NCBI RefSeq assembly: GCF_020036995.1
Contig: NZ_JAIQDD010000010.1
Span: forward strand, 161,433 to 225,432
DNA: 64,000 bases
Origin: Corallococcus sp. AS-1-12
GTDB lineage: Bacteria; Myxococcota; Myxococcia; Myxococcales; Myxococcaceae
Reading direction: 5' to 3'
The position numbers and the translations under genes were made by a program. Of this stretch, positions 10,823 to 20,369 are shown piece by piece. The notes beneath the pieces were generated by a model. That model saw only the letters and a list, made by a program, of their open reading frames with translations. It was not told the origin of the DNA and did not search any database. Numbering within the stretch: the stretch's first letter is position 1; each line of letters begins with the position of its first letter.

Positions 10823-11722
10823 ATGCGCTTCGTCGTCACGGGGGCCAACGGCCTGGTGGGCAGCCGCGTCTGCGCGCAGTTGACCGGGCGCGGACACGAA
10901 GTCGTGGGCCTGGGGCGCGGGCCCCGGCGCACGGGGGGCACGCACGGCTACGTGGAGGTGGACCTCACGCGCGAGCAGGACGTGGCCTCGGCCATCGCCC
11001 AGGCCCGTCCGGAGGCCATCATCCACCCCGCCTCCATGACGGAGGTGGACGCGTGTGAGAAGGACCCGGACGCGGCCTACGCGGCGAACGTCCACGCCAC
11101 CGCGGCGGTGGCCCGCGCGGCGAAGGCGGCGGGCGCGCACCTGGTGCACGTCTCCACGGACTACGTCTTCGACGGGGACGCGGGGCCCTATTCGGAGGAC
11201 GCGCTGCCCAACCCGCGCGGCGTCTACGCGCTGACCAAGCACATGGCCGAGCAGGCCGCGCGCGTCTTCGTGCCGGGCTGCGCCATCGCGCGCACCGCGG
11301 TGGTGTACGGCTGGCCCGCGGCGGGGCGCCCCAACTTCGGGGCCTGGCTGGTGGGGGCGCTGGAGAAGGGCCAGCCGGTGAAGCTCTTCGAGGACCAGGT
11401 GGTGTCCCCCAGCTTCGCGGACAGCGTGGCCGCCATGCTGGTGGAGCTGGGCGAGCGGCGGCTCGGCGGCGTGTGGAACACCTGCGGTGGCACGGTCATC
11501 GACCGGGTGGGCTTCGGCCGGGCGCTCTGCGAGGTGTTCGGCTTCGACGCGTCGCTCATCACCCCCACGCGGATGGCGGACCTGAAGCTGGCCAGCCCCC
11601 GCCCGCTGCGAAGCGGCCTCAAGACGGACAAGGTTCGTACGGAGCTGAAGGCCCAACCGCTGGAGCTGGCGGAGTCCCTGGCGCGCTTCCACGCGGCCTG
11701 GAAGGCGCACCGCGCCGGTTGA
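10823..11722 (+). CDS. rfbD: dTDP-4-dehydrorhamnose reductase
   Basis: [16 protein letters not shown]... 299 aa, 4 nt after rfbB. RmlD-like. Confidence 0.85.
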   Translation: MRFVVTGANGLVGSRVCAQLTGRGHEVVGLGRGPRRTGGTHGYVEVDLTREQDVASAIAQARPEAIIHPASMTEVDACEKDPDAAYAANVHATAAVARAAKAAGAHLVHVSTDYVFDGDAGPYSEDALPNPRGVYALTKHMAEQAARVFVPGCAIARTAVVYGWPAAGRPNFGAWLVGALEKGQPVKLFEDQVVSPSFADSVAAMLVELGERRLGGVWNTCGGTVIDRVGFGRALCEVFGFDASLITPTRMADLKLASPRPLRSGLKTDKVRTELKAQPLELAESLARFHAAWKAHRAG

Positions 11723-11793
11723 GCATCCGCGCGTGGCGGCCGGGCCGCGCGCATCCGTTTCGCGGCCGCGCCGTGGAACACAGGGGAGCACGC

Positions 11794-12675
11794 ATGAAGG
11801 GAATCATTCTGGCCGGGGGTTCGGGCACGCGCCTGTACCCGCTGACGCGCGTGGTGAGCAAGCAACTGCTGCCCGTCTACGACAAGCCGATGATCTACTA
11901 CCCGCTGACGACGCTGATGCTGGCGGGCATCCGGGAGATCCTCGTCATCTCCACGCCGCAGGACCTGCCGCGCTTCCGCGAGCTGCTGGGCGACGGGGAG
12001 CAGTGGGGCATCCGCCTCCAGTACGCCGAGCAGCCGCGCCCGGAGGGCCTGGCGCAGGCGTTCGTCATCGGCCGGGACTTCGTGGGCAAGGATCCGGTGT
12101 CGCTCATCCTGGGGGACAACATCTTCTACGGCCACGGCATGGGGGAGCTCACGCAGCGCGCGTCGAAGCGCACGCAGGGCGCCACGGTGTTCGGCTACTA
12201 CGTGAAGGATCCGGAGCGCTACGGCGTGGTGGAGCTCAACGCCCAGCACAAGGCCGTCAGCATCGAGGAGAAGCCGGCGAAGCCCAAGTCGCACTACGCC
12301 GTCACGGGCCTGTACTTCTACGACAACCAGGTCATCGACATCGCGGCGAACCTCAAGCCGGGCAAGCGCGGCGAGTATGAGATCACCGACGTCAACGCGG
12401 AGTACCTGCGCCGCGGCCAGCTCAACGTGGAGCTGATGGGACGCGGCTATGCGTGGCTGGACACCGGCACGCACGAGTCGCTGATGCAGGCCTCCAACTA
12501 CATCGAGATCATCGAGCGCCGTCAGGGCCTCAAGGTGGCCTGTCCGGAGGAGATCGCCTTCCGCATGGGCTACATCGACGAGCAGCGGCTGACGGCGCTG
12601 GCGGAGCCCATGCGCAAGAACGAATACGGCCAGTACCTGTTGGACCTGGTGGAGAAGCGGGGGGCGGTGTCGTGA
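11794..12675 (+). CDS. rfbA: Glucose-1-phosphate thymidylyltransferase
   Basis: [38 protein letters not shown]...: near-textbook RmlA N-terminus. RBS AGGGGAG upstream. Confidence 0.9.
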   Translation: MKGIILAGGSGTRLYPLTRVVSKQLLPVYDKPMIYYPLTTLMLAGIREILVISTPQDLPRFRELLGDGEQWGIRLQYAEQPRPEGLAQAFVIGRDFVGKDPVSLILGDNIFYGHGMGELTQRASKRTQGATVFGYYVKDPERYGVVELNAQHKAVSIEEKPAKPKSHYAVTGLYFYDNQVIDIAANLKPGKRGEYEITDVNAEYLRRGQLNVELMGRGYAWLDTGTHESLMQASNYIEIIERRQGLKVACPEEIAFRMGYIDEQRLTALAEPMRKNEYGQYLLDLVEKRGAVS

Positions 12676-13217
12676 AGGTCACCCCGCTGGCGATTCCGGA
12701 CGTCCTGCTCATCGAGCCGAAGGTGTTCGGCGACGACCGGGGCTTCTTCCTCGAGTCCTTCCACGCGAAGCGCTACGCGGACGTGGGCGTCGTGGGTCCG
12801 TTCGTGCAGGACAACCTGTCGCGCTCGGTGAAGGGCACGCTGCGAGGGCTGCACTTCCAGGAGCCGAACGCGCAGGGCAAGCTGGTGCAGTGCCTGGCGG
12901 GCGCGGTGTGGGACGTGGCGGTGGACATCCGCAAGGGGTCGCCCACGTTCGGCCGCTGGGTGGCCGCGGAGCTGACGGGCGAGAACAAGCACCAGCTCTG
13001 GGTGCCGGCGGGCTTCGCGCACGGGTTCTGCGTGGTGAGCGACTCGGCGGACTTCTTCTACAAGTGCACCGCGCTGTACTCCCCGGAGTCCGAGCGCAGC
13101 GTGGTCTGGAATGATCCGGACCTGGCCATCCCCTGGCCCGTGAAGGAGCCCCTGCTCTCGCCCAAGGATCAGCGCGCGCCCCGGCTGAAGGACGCGCCCG
13201 TGCTGCCCGTCTTCTGA
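12672..13217 (+). CDS. rfbC: dTDP-4-dehydrorhamnose 3,5-epimerase
   Basis: GTG start overlapping the rfbA stop (GTGA). [30 protein letters not shown]... RmlC cupin. Confidence 0.85.
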   Translation: MKVTPLAIPDVLLIEPKVFGDDRGFFLESFHAKRYADVGVVGPFVQDNLSRSVKGTLRGLHFQEPNAQGKLVQCLAGAVWDVAVDIRKGSPTFGRWVAAELTGENKHQLWVPAGFAHGFCVVSDSADFFYKCTALYSPESERSVVWNDPDLAIPWPVKEPLLSPKDQRAPRLKDAPVLPVF

Positions 13218-13363
13218 CGTGAAAGGCGGCCGGGCAGGCGTGGCGTGGGGGGCTTGCCATTCCCCGCCTCCTGCGCGGTGAGCAGGCAGGGGGGCGGGCC
13301 TCGTCCCGGGGGTGGAAGCCAGCCGGGGGATGGAATGCCCAATCTCCTCCAAGGAGGAGACGC

Positions 13364-14425
13364 ATGGTCCTGCCCGGCAGGGGAATGAGTTGGAAGGAGT
13401 TCTTCAAATCCCTCAAGGACGAGTGGGGGCGCGACAACGTGGGCAACGTCGCGGGGGCGCTGACGTTCCAGAGCATCCTCGCGCTCTTCCCGTTCTTGCT
13501 GTTCCTCGTGTCGCTCGCGGGCGTGCTGATTGATCCGCACCAGGCGCAGCAGCTCATCCAGGAGCTGTCGAAGGTGGCGCCGCAGGAGGTGACGAAGATC
13601 CTCGGCGAGCGCCTGGAGGCGCTGGCGAGCAGCAACCCGGTGGGGCTCCTGACCATCGGCGGCGTGGGCGCCATCTGGGCGGCGTCGGGCGGTGTGGTGG
13701 CGCTGATGGAGGCGCTCAACACGGTCTACGGCGTGACGGAGAAGCGCCCGTTCTGGAAGAAGCGCGGCATCGCGCTCCTGACGACGCTGGGGACGGCGGT
13801 GACGGTGGTGCTGGCGGCGCTGGTCGCCATCGTGACGCCGGCCATCGCGAACAAGCTGGGCGAGCCGTTTACCAGCATCGTGCTGTGGCTGCGCATGCCG
13901 GTGGCGGGCCTGCTGATGATGCTGCTCCTGGCGGTGCTGTACTACGTGCTGCCGGACGTGAAGCAGAAGTTCAAGTTCATCACCCCGGGGTCGGTGGTGA
14001 GCGTGATCATCTGGGTCATCGCCTCGTGGGGCTTCTCGAAGTACGTGTCGAACTTCGGCTCGTACGACGTGAACTACGGCGCCATCGGCGGTGTCATCGT
14101 GATGCTGCTGTGGATGCAGATCTCCTGCATGGTCGTGCTGCTGGGCGCGGAGATCAACGGCATCCTCGAGCACAAGTCGCCGGAAGGGAAGTCGCCGGGC
14201 GCGCGAGACCCGAACGCGCCGGGACCGAACGTGACGAAGTCGGAGGCGGAGGAGCGGGGCGCGAGCCTGCCCGGCGCCACGGACTTCCGTCCCATCCCGC
14301 CCGAGCCGCGTTACGAGAGCCGCCCGGTGGCGCTGAGCAAGACGCCGCTGGCCGCCGCGGCGAAGTGGGCGGCGGGCGTGGGCCTGGGCGTGTTCCTGAT
14401 GCGCCGCAGGTCCGCCACGCGGTAG
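13364..14425 (+). CDS. YihY/BrkB-family inner membrane protein
   Basis: Strong SD AAGGAGGAG 5-13 nt upstream of the ATG. Motifs ALTFQSILALFPFLLFLVSLAG and C-terminal GAEINGILEH. Confidence 0.8.
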   Translation: MVLPGRGMSWKEFFKSLKDEWGRDNVGNVAGALTFQSILALFPFLLFLVSLAGVLIDPHQAQQLIQELSKVAPQEVTKILGERLEALASSNPVGLLTIGGVGAIWAASGGVVALMEALNTVYGVTEKRPFWKKRGIALLTTLGTAVTVVLAALVAIVTPAIANKLGEPFTSIVLWLRMPVAGLLMMLLLAVLYYVLPDVKQKFKFITPGSVVSVIIWVIASWGFSKYVSNFGSYDVNYGAIGGVIVMLLWMQISCMVVLLGAEINGILEHKSPEGKSPGARDPNAPGPNVTKSEAEERGASLPGATDFRPIPPEPRYESRPVALSKTPLAAAAKWAAGVGLGVFLMRRRSATR

Positions 14426-14479
14426 GCCGTGTCGTCCACCGGCGGGCGGTCCTCGAAAGGGGGCCGCCCGTCGTCATTT

Positions 14480-14965
14480 TCACGGCAGGGGGGAGGTGAC
14501 GTAGTCCACCCCGTCGGAGTGGCAGCCGTGACAGGTCGAGTGGGCGCGGCCGTAGTAGTTCCGGGTGTAGTCGGGCCCGAAGCCCTCGTAGAAGATCCAG
14601 GTGTCCTTGCCGGGGCCTTCCGAGACCTTCACGTCCAGCGCGTGGCCCCGGAGCGTCCTCCCGTCGTCCTCGAAGAGCTCCTTCACCAGGATGCTGCCCA
14701 CGGGATGCGTGGCGTTGCCGTCGCGGAGCGAACGCGCGACGACGTCGTTGAAGAACACGCGGACCTTGCTGCCATGGGGCGCGCGTGTGTCGTGGACCGA
14801 GGGCTCCGCGAGCCAGGAGGAGTACTGGCCCGAGCGGACGAAGGCGGTGATGCCGGTCTCGGACGTGTCGATGCCCTGGACGACGCCGAGGCCCTCGTCC
14901 ACGGAGGAGGAGGGGCCGCAGGCGGTGGAGAACAGGACCATGAGCGGCAGGAGGTGGGCGCGCAT
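14480..14965 (-). CDS. Secreted small protein (probable lipoprotein) with a C-terminal CXXCH haem-c motif; possibly a cytochrome P460 / c-prime-beta-like protein
   Basis: Signal peptide MRAHLLPLMVLFSTAC. CHGCH lies 12 residues from the C-terminus. The size (161 aa) and the near-C-terminal position of the motif fit the P460 family. Confidence 0.55.
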   Translation of the reverse strand: MRAHLLPLMVLFSTACGPSSSVDEGLGVVQGIDTSETGITAFVRSGQYSSWLAEPSVHDTRAPHGSKVRVFFNDVVARSLRDGNATHPVGSILVKELFEDDGRTLRGHALDVKVSEGPGKDTWIFYEGFGPDYTRNYYGRAHSTCHGCHSDGVDYVTSPLP

Positions 14966-15013
14966 GGCCAGGACTACGCAGGGGGCGAGCGGGCGGTTAC
15001 AGCCGGGCCCGGC

Positions 15014-15634
15014 TCAGCGCGGCGCGTAGTTGTGGCTCAGGTCGAAGACGAGCGTCTTCACGATGGGCGGGATGGAGAGCTCGATGCGGCCCCGGTTCAG
15101 GTCTCCGTGGGTGACCTGGTAGGAGAGGCCGCCGAACTCGTCATCGAAGGTGTAGTTGTCGTTGTCGAAGATGGAGATTTCGAGCGGGTAGCGCTGCAGG
15201 TTGGAGGTGATGATCTGGCAGCCGCCGGTGCGCCATTCGGGATCCCAGCTCTCGCTTTCCTCGGTGCGGGTGCGTTCGGGAGCGGAGGGGCAGTTCATCT
15301 CCACGACGACGTCCGGCGGGGAGCCGTCGGAGTCCCAGTCCTCGCCCGTGTCCGGGTCGGCGTCCGCGATGGTGGCGTACCGGGGCTGGATGAAGGTGCG
15401 CATCACGCCCACGTAGCAGGTGTGCTGGTCGAGCCGGCAGACACTGCCCTCCGCGCAGGGTTCACAGACGCTGCCATCGGGGCCGCATTCCGAGTCGCTC
15501 CGGAACGAGATGCACTCGTTGAACGAGGAGCAGCACCCGTCCGCGCAGTTCTCCGGGGTGCAGTCGTAGGGACCGCAGGCGGGGAGCCACAGCGCGCACA
15601 TCAGGATGAACAGCCAACCGCCGAGGACTTTCAT
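15014..15634 (-). CDS. Cys-rich secreted lipoprotein, paralogue A of a two-member family in this window
   Basis: Lipobox LPAC. Fourteen Cys in the N-terminal 60 residues. Shares DWDSDGSPPDVVVEMNCP and the ...RTFIQPRYATIA block with the ORF at 19704-20363. Confidence 0.6.
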   Translation of the reverse strand: MKVLGGWLFILMCALWLPACGPYDCTPENCADGCCSSFNECISFRSDSECGPDGSVCEPCAEGSVCRLDQHTCYVGVMRTFIQPRYATIADADPDTGEDWDSDGSPPDVVVEMNCPSAPERTRTEESESWDPEWRTGGCQIITSNLQRYPLEISIFDNDNYTFDDEFGGLSYQVTHGDLNRGRIELSIPPIVKTLVFDLSHNYAPR

Positions 15635-15657
15635 GAGCGCGGTGAACGCTACCCGCT

Positions 15658-16164
15658 TCAGGGCCTTCCGTCCCGGGCCTTGCGTGCGATGGCTTTCTCG
15701 TAGGCGGCCTGAAGCTCCCGGAACACCGAGCGGGAAGGGCGCGGCGCGTCCAGGTGCAGGTGGCGCAACTCCTTCATGAACGCGTCCCAGAGGGGCGGGC
15801 CGCCCTTTTCAAGCAGCTCCGCGCGCACCGAAAGCTCCTCGGTCACCTGCGTGTGCCGGCGGCCCCAGGCGCCCATGTGCGCGAGCAGGGGCACCAATTG
15901 GATGGACGCCTCCGTGAGGCTGTAGATGCCCTTCTGCTGGTGGTTCGGATCCGGGCGGCGCGACAGCAGGCCGGACGCGGTCAGGCGCTTCAGCCGGTCC
16001 GCGAGGATGTTGGAGGCGATGCCCTCCTCGCTCCGGGAGAGCAGGTCGCCGTAGCTGCGCCGGTTCCCGAACATGACGTCGCGGATGACGATCAGGCTCC
16101 AGCGGTCGCCGAGCTGTTCGAGCGTCAGGTTGATGGGGCAGCCGGAGCGCCCTGTCTGCGGCAT
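15658..16164 (-). CDS. HxlR-family winged-helix transcriptional regulator
   Basis: Start taken at the internal ATG (MPQTGRSGCPINLTLEQLGDRWSLIVIRDVMFGNRRSYGDL...), which is the typical HxlR N-terminus. The six-frame ORF runs 68 codons further upstream with no homology. Divergent from the GST gene. Confidence 0.75.
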   Translation of the reverse strand: MPQTGRSGCPINLTLEQLGDRWSLIVIRDVMFGNRRSYGDLLSRSEEGIASNILADRLKRLTASGLLSRRPDPNHQQKGIYSLTEASIQLVPLLAHMGAWGRRHTQVTEELSVRAELLEKGGPPLWDAFMKELRHLHLDAPRPSRSVFRELQAAYEKAIARKARDGRP

Positions 16165-16186
16165 GGCCGTGCTCCTGGGGATGCTG

Positions 16187-16201
16187 CTTGCAGTATGCAA
16201 G
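16187..16201. promoter_or_regulatory. Perfect palindrome CTTGCA-GTA-TGCAAG in the HxlR/GST divergent intergenic region (candidate HxlR operator)
   Basis: The 6-3-6 inverted repeat is seen directly. A direct repeat GCAAGGGGTCG also occurs at 16197-16207 and 16234-16244. Confidence 0.45.
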
Positions 16202-16248
16202 GGGTCGAAATACGGTTCAACCCGTTGTGAAACGCAAGGGGTCGGACG

Positions 16249-16908
16249 ATGTCGCTCGCGGTCTACGGTCACTATTTCTCTTCGTACACGCAGAAGGTGC
16301 TCATCGCGCTGTATGAGAACGGAACACCCTTCGAGTTTCGAAGCATCAGCCCGGAGACGCCGGAGCACTCAGCCGAGTGGCTGCGCCGCTGGCCGCTGCG
16401 CAAGTTCCCGCTGCTGGTGGACGGTGACCGTCAGGTCGTCGAGACGAGCATCATCATCGAGTACCTGCAGCTCAAGCATCCCGGGCCGGTGCGCCTGCTG
16501 CCCGAGGATCCGATGGCCGCGCTGGACGTGCGGTTCCTCGACCGGTTCTTCGACCTGCACGTCATGAACGCGGCCCAGCACGCCGTGGACGGGGCGTTGA
16601 CGGGGGACCCGGTGAAGCGCCAGGACGGGATGAAGCTGGCGGTGGAGAAGCTGGAGCGCGCCTACGGCTGGATTGAAGGGCAGTTGGGTGGCCGGATCTG
16701 GGCGGCGGGCAACGACTTCACACTGGCGGACTGTGCGGCGGCACCGTCGCTGTTCTACGCGGACTGGACGCACCGGATTCCCGAGTCGTGTCCCCAACTG
16801 CGCGCCTATCGTGCGAGGTTGCTCGCGCGTCCGTCCGTGGCCCGCGCGGTGGACGGGGGCCGGCCGTATCGGCATCTCTTCCCGCTGGGAGCGCCGGACC
16901 GCGATTGA
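16249..16908 (+). CDS. Glutathione S-transferase
   Basis: MSLAVYGHYFSSYTQKVLIALYENGTPFEF... N-terminal thioredoxin-like domain plus C-terminal helical domain, 219 aa. Confidence 0.85.
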   Translation: MSLAVYGHYFSSYTQKVLIALYENGTPFEFRSISPETPEHSAEWLRRWPLRKFPLLVDGDRQVVETSIIIEYLQLKHPGPVRLLPEDPMAALDVRFLDRFFDLHVMNAAQHAVDGALTGDPVKRQDGMKLAVEKLERAYGWIEGQLGGRIWAAGNDFTLADCAAAPSLFYADWTHRIPESCPQLRAYRARLLARPSVARAVDGGRPYRHLFPLGAPDRD

Positions 16909-16915
16909 GCGAGGC

Positions 16916-18694
16916 TCAGGGCCGCGGGGGAGGGGAGACCGCGGCCATGATGTACCGGGGCAGGAGCTCCTCGCGGAACTTCCGCCAGAGGGAGACGTGG
17001 TTGTAGTTGCCCGCGGTGAAGAGCACGACGAGGTCCAGCTCCGGGACGACCATCACGAGCTGGCCACCGTTCCCGCTGGCTTCGTACTGCGAATACACCC
17101 GGTCACCGACGCGAAGCTCATGGCGCCACCACGTGTAGCCATAGGTTCGCCCGTCTGGCATCGTCGCCTGTTTCGCGACGGAGCGTTCCACCCAGCGCTG
17201 GCTGACCACGCGCTTCCCGTTCCAGGTGCCGCCGGAGAGGTAGAGCTGCCCGAGCTTCAGGGCGTCACGAGGGCGCATGTAGATGCCGCCACCCAGGTAC
17301 TGCTCACCGTCGGGCATGAGGTCCAGGTGGTAGCCGCGCATCTGGAGGGGCGTGGCGACGTTCTTCGTGAAGAACTCGGGGATCCAGGTACGGGTGGTGT
17401 TGCGGAGGACGCCGCCGAGGAGGTTGATGTTCGCGGAGCAGTACACGGCCTTCCCGCCGCCGGGAGCGCGGACCATGGGGAGGTCCAGCGTGTACTTGTA
17501 CCAATCCGGTACGGAGTCCTCGAGCCGGTCCTCGTTGCCGGGTGACTCTGGATTGTCGTCGTCACAGGCCAGGCCCGTCGCCATGGTCATCAGGTGCGCG
17601 ACGGTGACCTTGCGCTTGCGAGCGTCCAGGTTGGAGAGCTTGCCCTTGTACTCAGGGAAGAGTGAGACGACGGGCGTGTCCACGGTGAACGGGGCGCCCT
17701 GGTCCAGGGCGATGCCGATGAGCAGGGACGCATAGGACTTGGAGGAGGACCGCAGGTCGTGGGGACGCTCCTTGTCGAAGCCCTGGAAGTACTCTTCGAC
17801 GATGAGCTTTCCGTGGCGCGCGATGAGCAGGCCCTGGATGGCGGGCACGGACTCCGGGCTCGGTTCCTGGTCGAGGATGCGCTGCACGAGCTGCTGGAGC
17901 GGCTGGACGTCCATGCCGACGTCCGCAGGGGAGGCCGTGGTCCAGCCATCGTCCTCCGCGATGGGCTTCTGGTAGGCGTAGGGGCCAGGAGCAGGAGTGC
18001 GGGAGTAGAGCCCCACGGCCTGCGAGCGGTCCCGACGAGTGAAGTCGAAGCTCGTGTCAAAGGGAGGGTAGGGGAGAGACAGCCGTCCGGACTGCTCGTC
18101 GAACGTGCCTTCAATCTGGGTGTCACTCTTGGTGTCCGTGAGCCGGACCGTGCGGTCCTGAAGCTCCACACGGAACAGCATCCGGTTGCCGAAGTTCCGC
18201 TCCGGGTTGCGAATGAACGCCGTCACGGAGCCGTCAGGCTGCTTCTGGACGACAAGATACAGCGAGAACCGGTCCTCCAGCGGAGCCACGTTGCCGCGCC
18301 AGACACCCGGCTGGAGCGCGCGCAGTTCCACGGGAGAGGCGAACTTCATGCCGCTCATGAGCACACGCGGTTGGATCCAGTGACCCGTGATGCTCTGACT
18401 GTTCTCCATCAACGTCGCTCGGAGTTCTCCTCCTGGGAAGACGACGGACACCTTGCAGCCCTCGAACCGGGCAGGAACATCGAATCCGCCGATGCGCGCG
18501 CGCCAGGTGTCCCCATGCCGGACCAGCGTCAGCTCACCCTGAACCTGAGGCCCAAGAATACGCTCACTGCCCCAGATGCCCACCAACGCCTCCGCAGACA
18601 CGGGGACAGCGCCGACATGGAAAGGCAGCAGCGCCAACAGGAGCCCGATGAGCCTTCGGGAGCTGGAGTGCACGGTGGATGCGTGGAGGGTCAT
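16916..18694 (-). CDS. Secreted serine hydrolase of the beta-lactamase/PBP-like superfamily
   Basis: Signal peptide. SSSKS (S-x-x-K) active-site motif after an N-terminal ~270-aa extension; 592 aa. Confidence 0.7.
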   Translation of the reverse strand: MTLHASTVHSSSRRLIGLLLALLPFHVGAVPVSAEALVGIWGSERILGPQVQGELTLVRHGDTWRARIGGFDVPARFEGCKVSVVFPGGELRATLMENSQSITGHWIQPRVLMSGMKFASPVELRALQPGVWRGNVAPLEDRFSLYLVVQKQPDGSVTAFIRNPERNFGNRMLFRVELQDRTVRLTDTKSDTQIEGTFDEQSGRLSLPYPPFDTSFDFTRRDRSQAVGLYSRTPAPGPYAYQKPIAEDDGWTTASPADVGMDVQPLQQLVQRILDQEPSPESVPAIQGLLIARHGKLIVEEYFQGFDKERPHDLRSSSKSYASLLIGIALDQGAPFTVDTPVVSLFPEYKGKLSNLDARKRKVTVAHLMTMATGLACDDDNPESPGNEDRLEDSVPDWYKYTLDLPMVRAPGGGKAVYCSANINLLGGVLRNTTRTWIPEFFTKNVATPLQMRGYHLDLMPDGEQYLGGGIYMRPRDALKLGQLYLSGGTWNGKRVVSQRWVERSVAKQATMPDGRTYGYTWWRHELRVGDRVYSQYEASGNGGQLVMVVPELDLVVLFTAGNYNHVSLWRKFREELLPRYIMAAVSPPPRP

Positions 18695-19716
18695 CGAATG
18701 CCTTTGGTTCTGGATGTTATAGCCCGGTCATGCGATCCGACCTGGCAGAACGCTGGCTCACACCCGATGGTCAGCGCCGGCGCGAGCGCTTGATCGCCTC
18801 GGGATTTCAAGGACCCTGGCGTGAAGTCCTCAAGGGCTTTCCGGGAGCAGATGCATTGGGACCCCACGTGGGGGATCTCCGAGGCATCGACCTCGCTCAG
18901 GAAGAGCTACCGGGCGCGGAGTTCGTTCATGTTCGGCTCGATGGCGCCCGCCTGGATGACTGCGGGCTCAACGAGGCGCGGCTCGACTTCACCACGCTGT
19001 CTGGTGCCTCGCTGACCTGGGCGCGCATGGAGCGCGCCAGCCTGATGGCTTGCGCCGCGATGGCCACGTGCTGGGACGATGCTTCCTTGGAAGGGGCAGT
19101 CCTCACGGCTTCAAACCTGGTTCACGGCTCATTCCGTCGCGCCCGACTTCAGGGCGCCCGTTTGACCGCAGCGACGTTGATGAAGGCGGACCTGCGCTGC
19201 GCTGATCTCCGAGGCGCGGAGTTGTCCTTCTGTGACATGGAGGAAGCGTGCGTCGCGGGTGTTCGCACGGATCGGCCTCGCACCTATGGGCGGGCAGGGC
19301 TGGGCAATGCGGACGTGAGCTATTACCGGGATCATGGCGGGTACCCATCATTCATGGATGCCATCCTGCTCGACCCGGGTATGCGCGCGCTCCGATGGTT
19401 GGACAGGAAGGAAATCCTGATGCATGTGGAAGCAGCGGTCGAGATGAGCCCCGCGGTGGATGCTGAAATCCTCGCGCTCCTCCTGGATCCAGAATTTGAG
19501 GCAGCGGCGCGCTTACGACTCGAGGCCCCGGATGAGCTGCGGTACGAGGCTGCCTCCAGCCTCATGTGGGCTCTTGGCTTGGATCAAAGCAAGAATGTGT
19601 GGGGACGCTCAGGGGTGTCGATTTGTCAGCGCTGGATGGCAAACCTCCGCAAGAACATGGCCGCCAGCATCCAAAAACGCTGGCGGCGGGCCGAGGTGTC
19701 CGTCTATTCGGCGTAG
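18679..19716 (+). CDS. Pentapeptide-repeat protein
   Basis: Runs of A(D/N)L.x pentapeptides (ARLDDCGLNEARLDFTTLSGASLTWARMERASLMAC...ADLRCADLRGAELSFCDMEEAC). An alternative ATG start is at 18730. Confidence 0.6.
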   Translation: MRGGSSNAFGSGCYSPVMRSDLAERWLTPDGQRRRERLIASGFQGPWREVLKGFPGADALGPHVGDLRGIDLAQEELPGAEFVHVRLDGARLDDCGLNEARLDFTTLSGASLTWARMERASLMACAAMATCWDDASLEGAVLTASNLVHGSFRRARLQGARLTAATLMKADLRCADLRGAELSFCDMEEACVAGVRTDRPRTYGRAGLGNADVSYYRDHGGYPSFMDAILLDPGMRALRWLDRKEILMHVEAAVEMSPAVDAEILALLLDPEFEAAARLRLEAPDELRYEAASSLMWALGLDQSKNVWGRSGVSICQRWMANLRKNMAASIQKRWRRAEVSVYSA

Positions 19717-20363
19717 TATGTGGTGATCTGGAGGGCCAAGGAGAGCAACGCACCGGAACTCGTGAACTCCACGACGCCACGGTCAATGTCGGCTCGGGTC
19801 ATCTGATACTGCGCAGACGCAATCGGGTCGTCAAAGAGGGTGTCAACGTCAATGACGGTGAACTGGATGGGGGCCGAAAGCAGATCGGTACTCAGGACGT
19901 CGCATGCCCCCTGCGTCCACGTAGGGGTGAAGCTTTCAACTTCCTCCGAAGGGGGCGCAGGCTGTGCGTTGGGACAGGACAGCTTGACCACGACATCCGG
20001 TGGCGAGCCATCTACGTCCCAGTCACTGTTGTCAGCAGGATCCTGCGGAGCGATCGTGGCGCGCAGGGGCTGGATCTTCGTGCGAATGGTGGGAGTGTAG
20101 CACTGTTGCTGTGACGGATGGCAGATGGTCCCGGTCGCGCACTTCGCGCATTTGGTGCCGGTAACACCGCACGCGTCGTTGGTACGAACTTCGACGCACT
20201 GGTTCGTGGTCGGATCGCAGCAGCCTGCACAATTCGCTGCAGTACAGATTTCTTCGAGTGGCGGGTTCTCCGTGATGGGGCCTGAGCTTGAGTCTTCGGG
20301 CCCACAGCCTGATAGCAAGAGAATCGACGTCAGCCCAAGAAGAATTCGGTTTTTGAATGTCAT
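19704..20363 (-). CDS. Cys-rich secreted lipoprotein, paralogue B
   Basis: Lipobox LSGC. A Cys-rich N-terminal region. Shares DWDVDGSPPDVVVKLSCP and the ...TPTIRTKIQPLRATIA block with 15014-15634. Visibly lower GC than paralogue A. Confidence 0.6.
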   Translation of the reverse strand: MTFKNRILLGLTSILLLSGCGPEDSSSGPITENPPLEEICTAANCAGCCDPTTNQCVEVRTNDACGVTGTKCAKCATGTICHPSQQQCYTPTIRTKIQPLRATIAPQDPADNSDWDVDGSPPDVVVKLSCPNAQPAPPSEEVESFTPTWTQGACDVLSTDLLSAPIQFTVIDVDTLFDDPIASAQYQMTRADIDRGVVEFTSSGALLSLALQITTYYAE

Positions 20364-20369
20364 TGATTG

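Noticed and set aside
18679-19716. Possibility that the pentapeptide-repeat protein is a Qnr/MfpA-type topoisomerase-protecting factor linked to the defence island
   Set aside because: Pentapeptide proteins are extremely common, and no adjacent gyrase/topoisomerase context exists. Kept as a generic pentapeptide-repeat protein.
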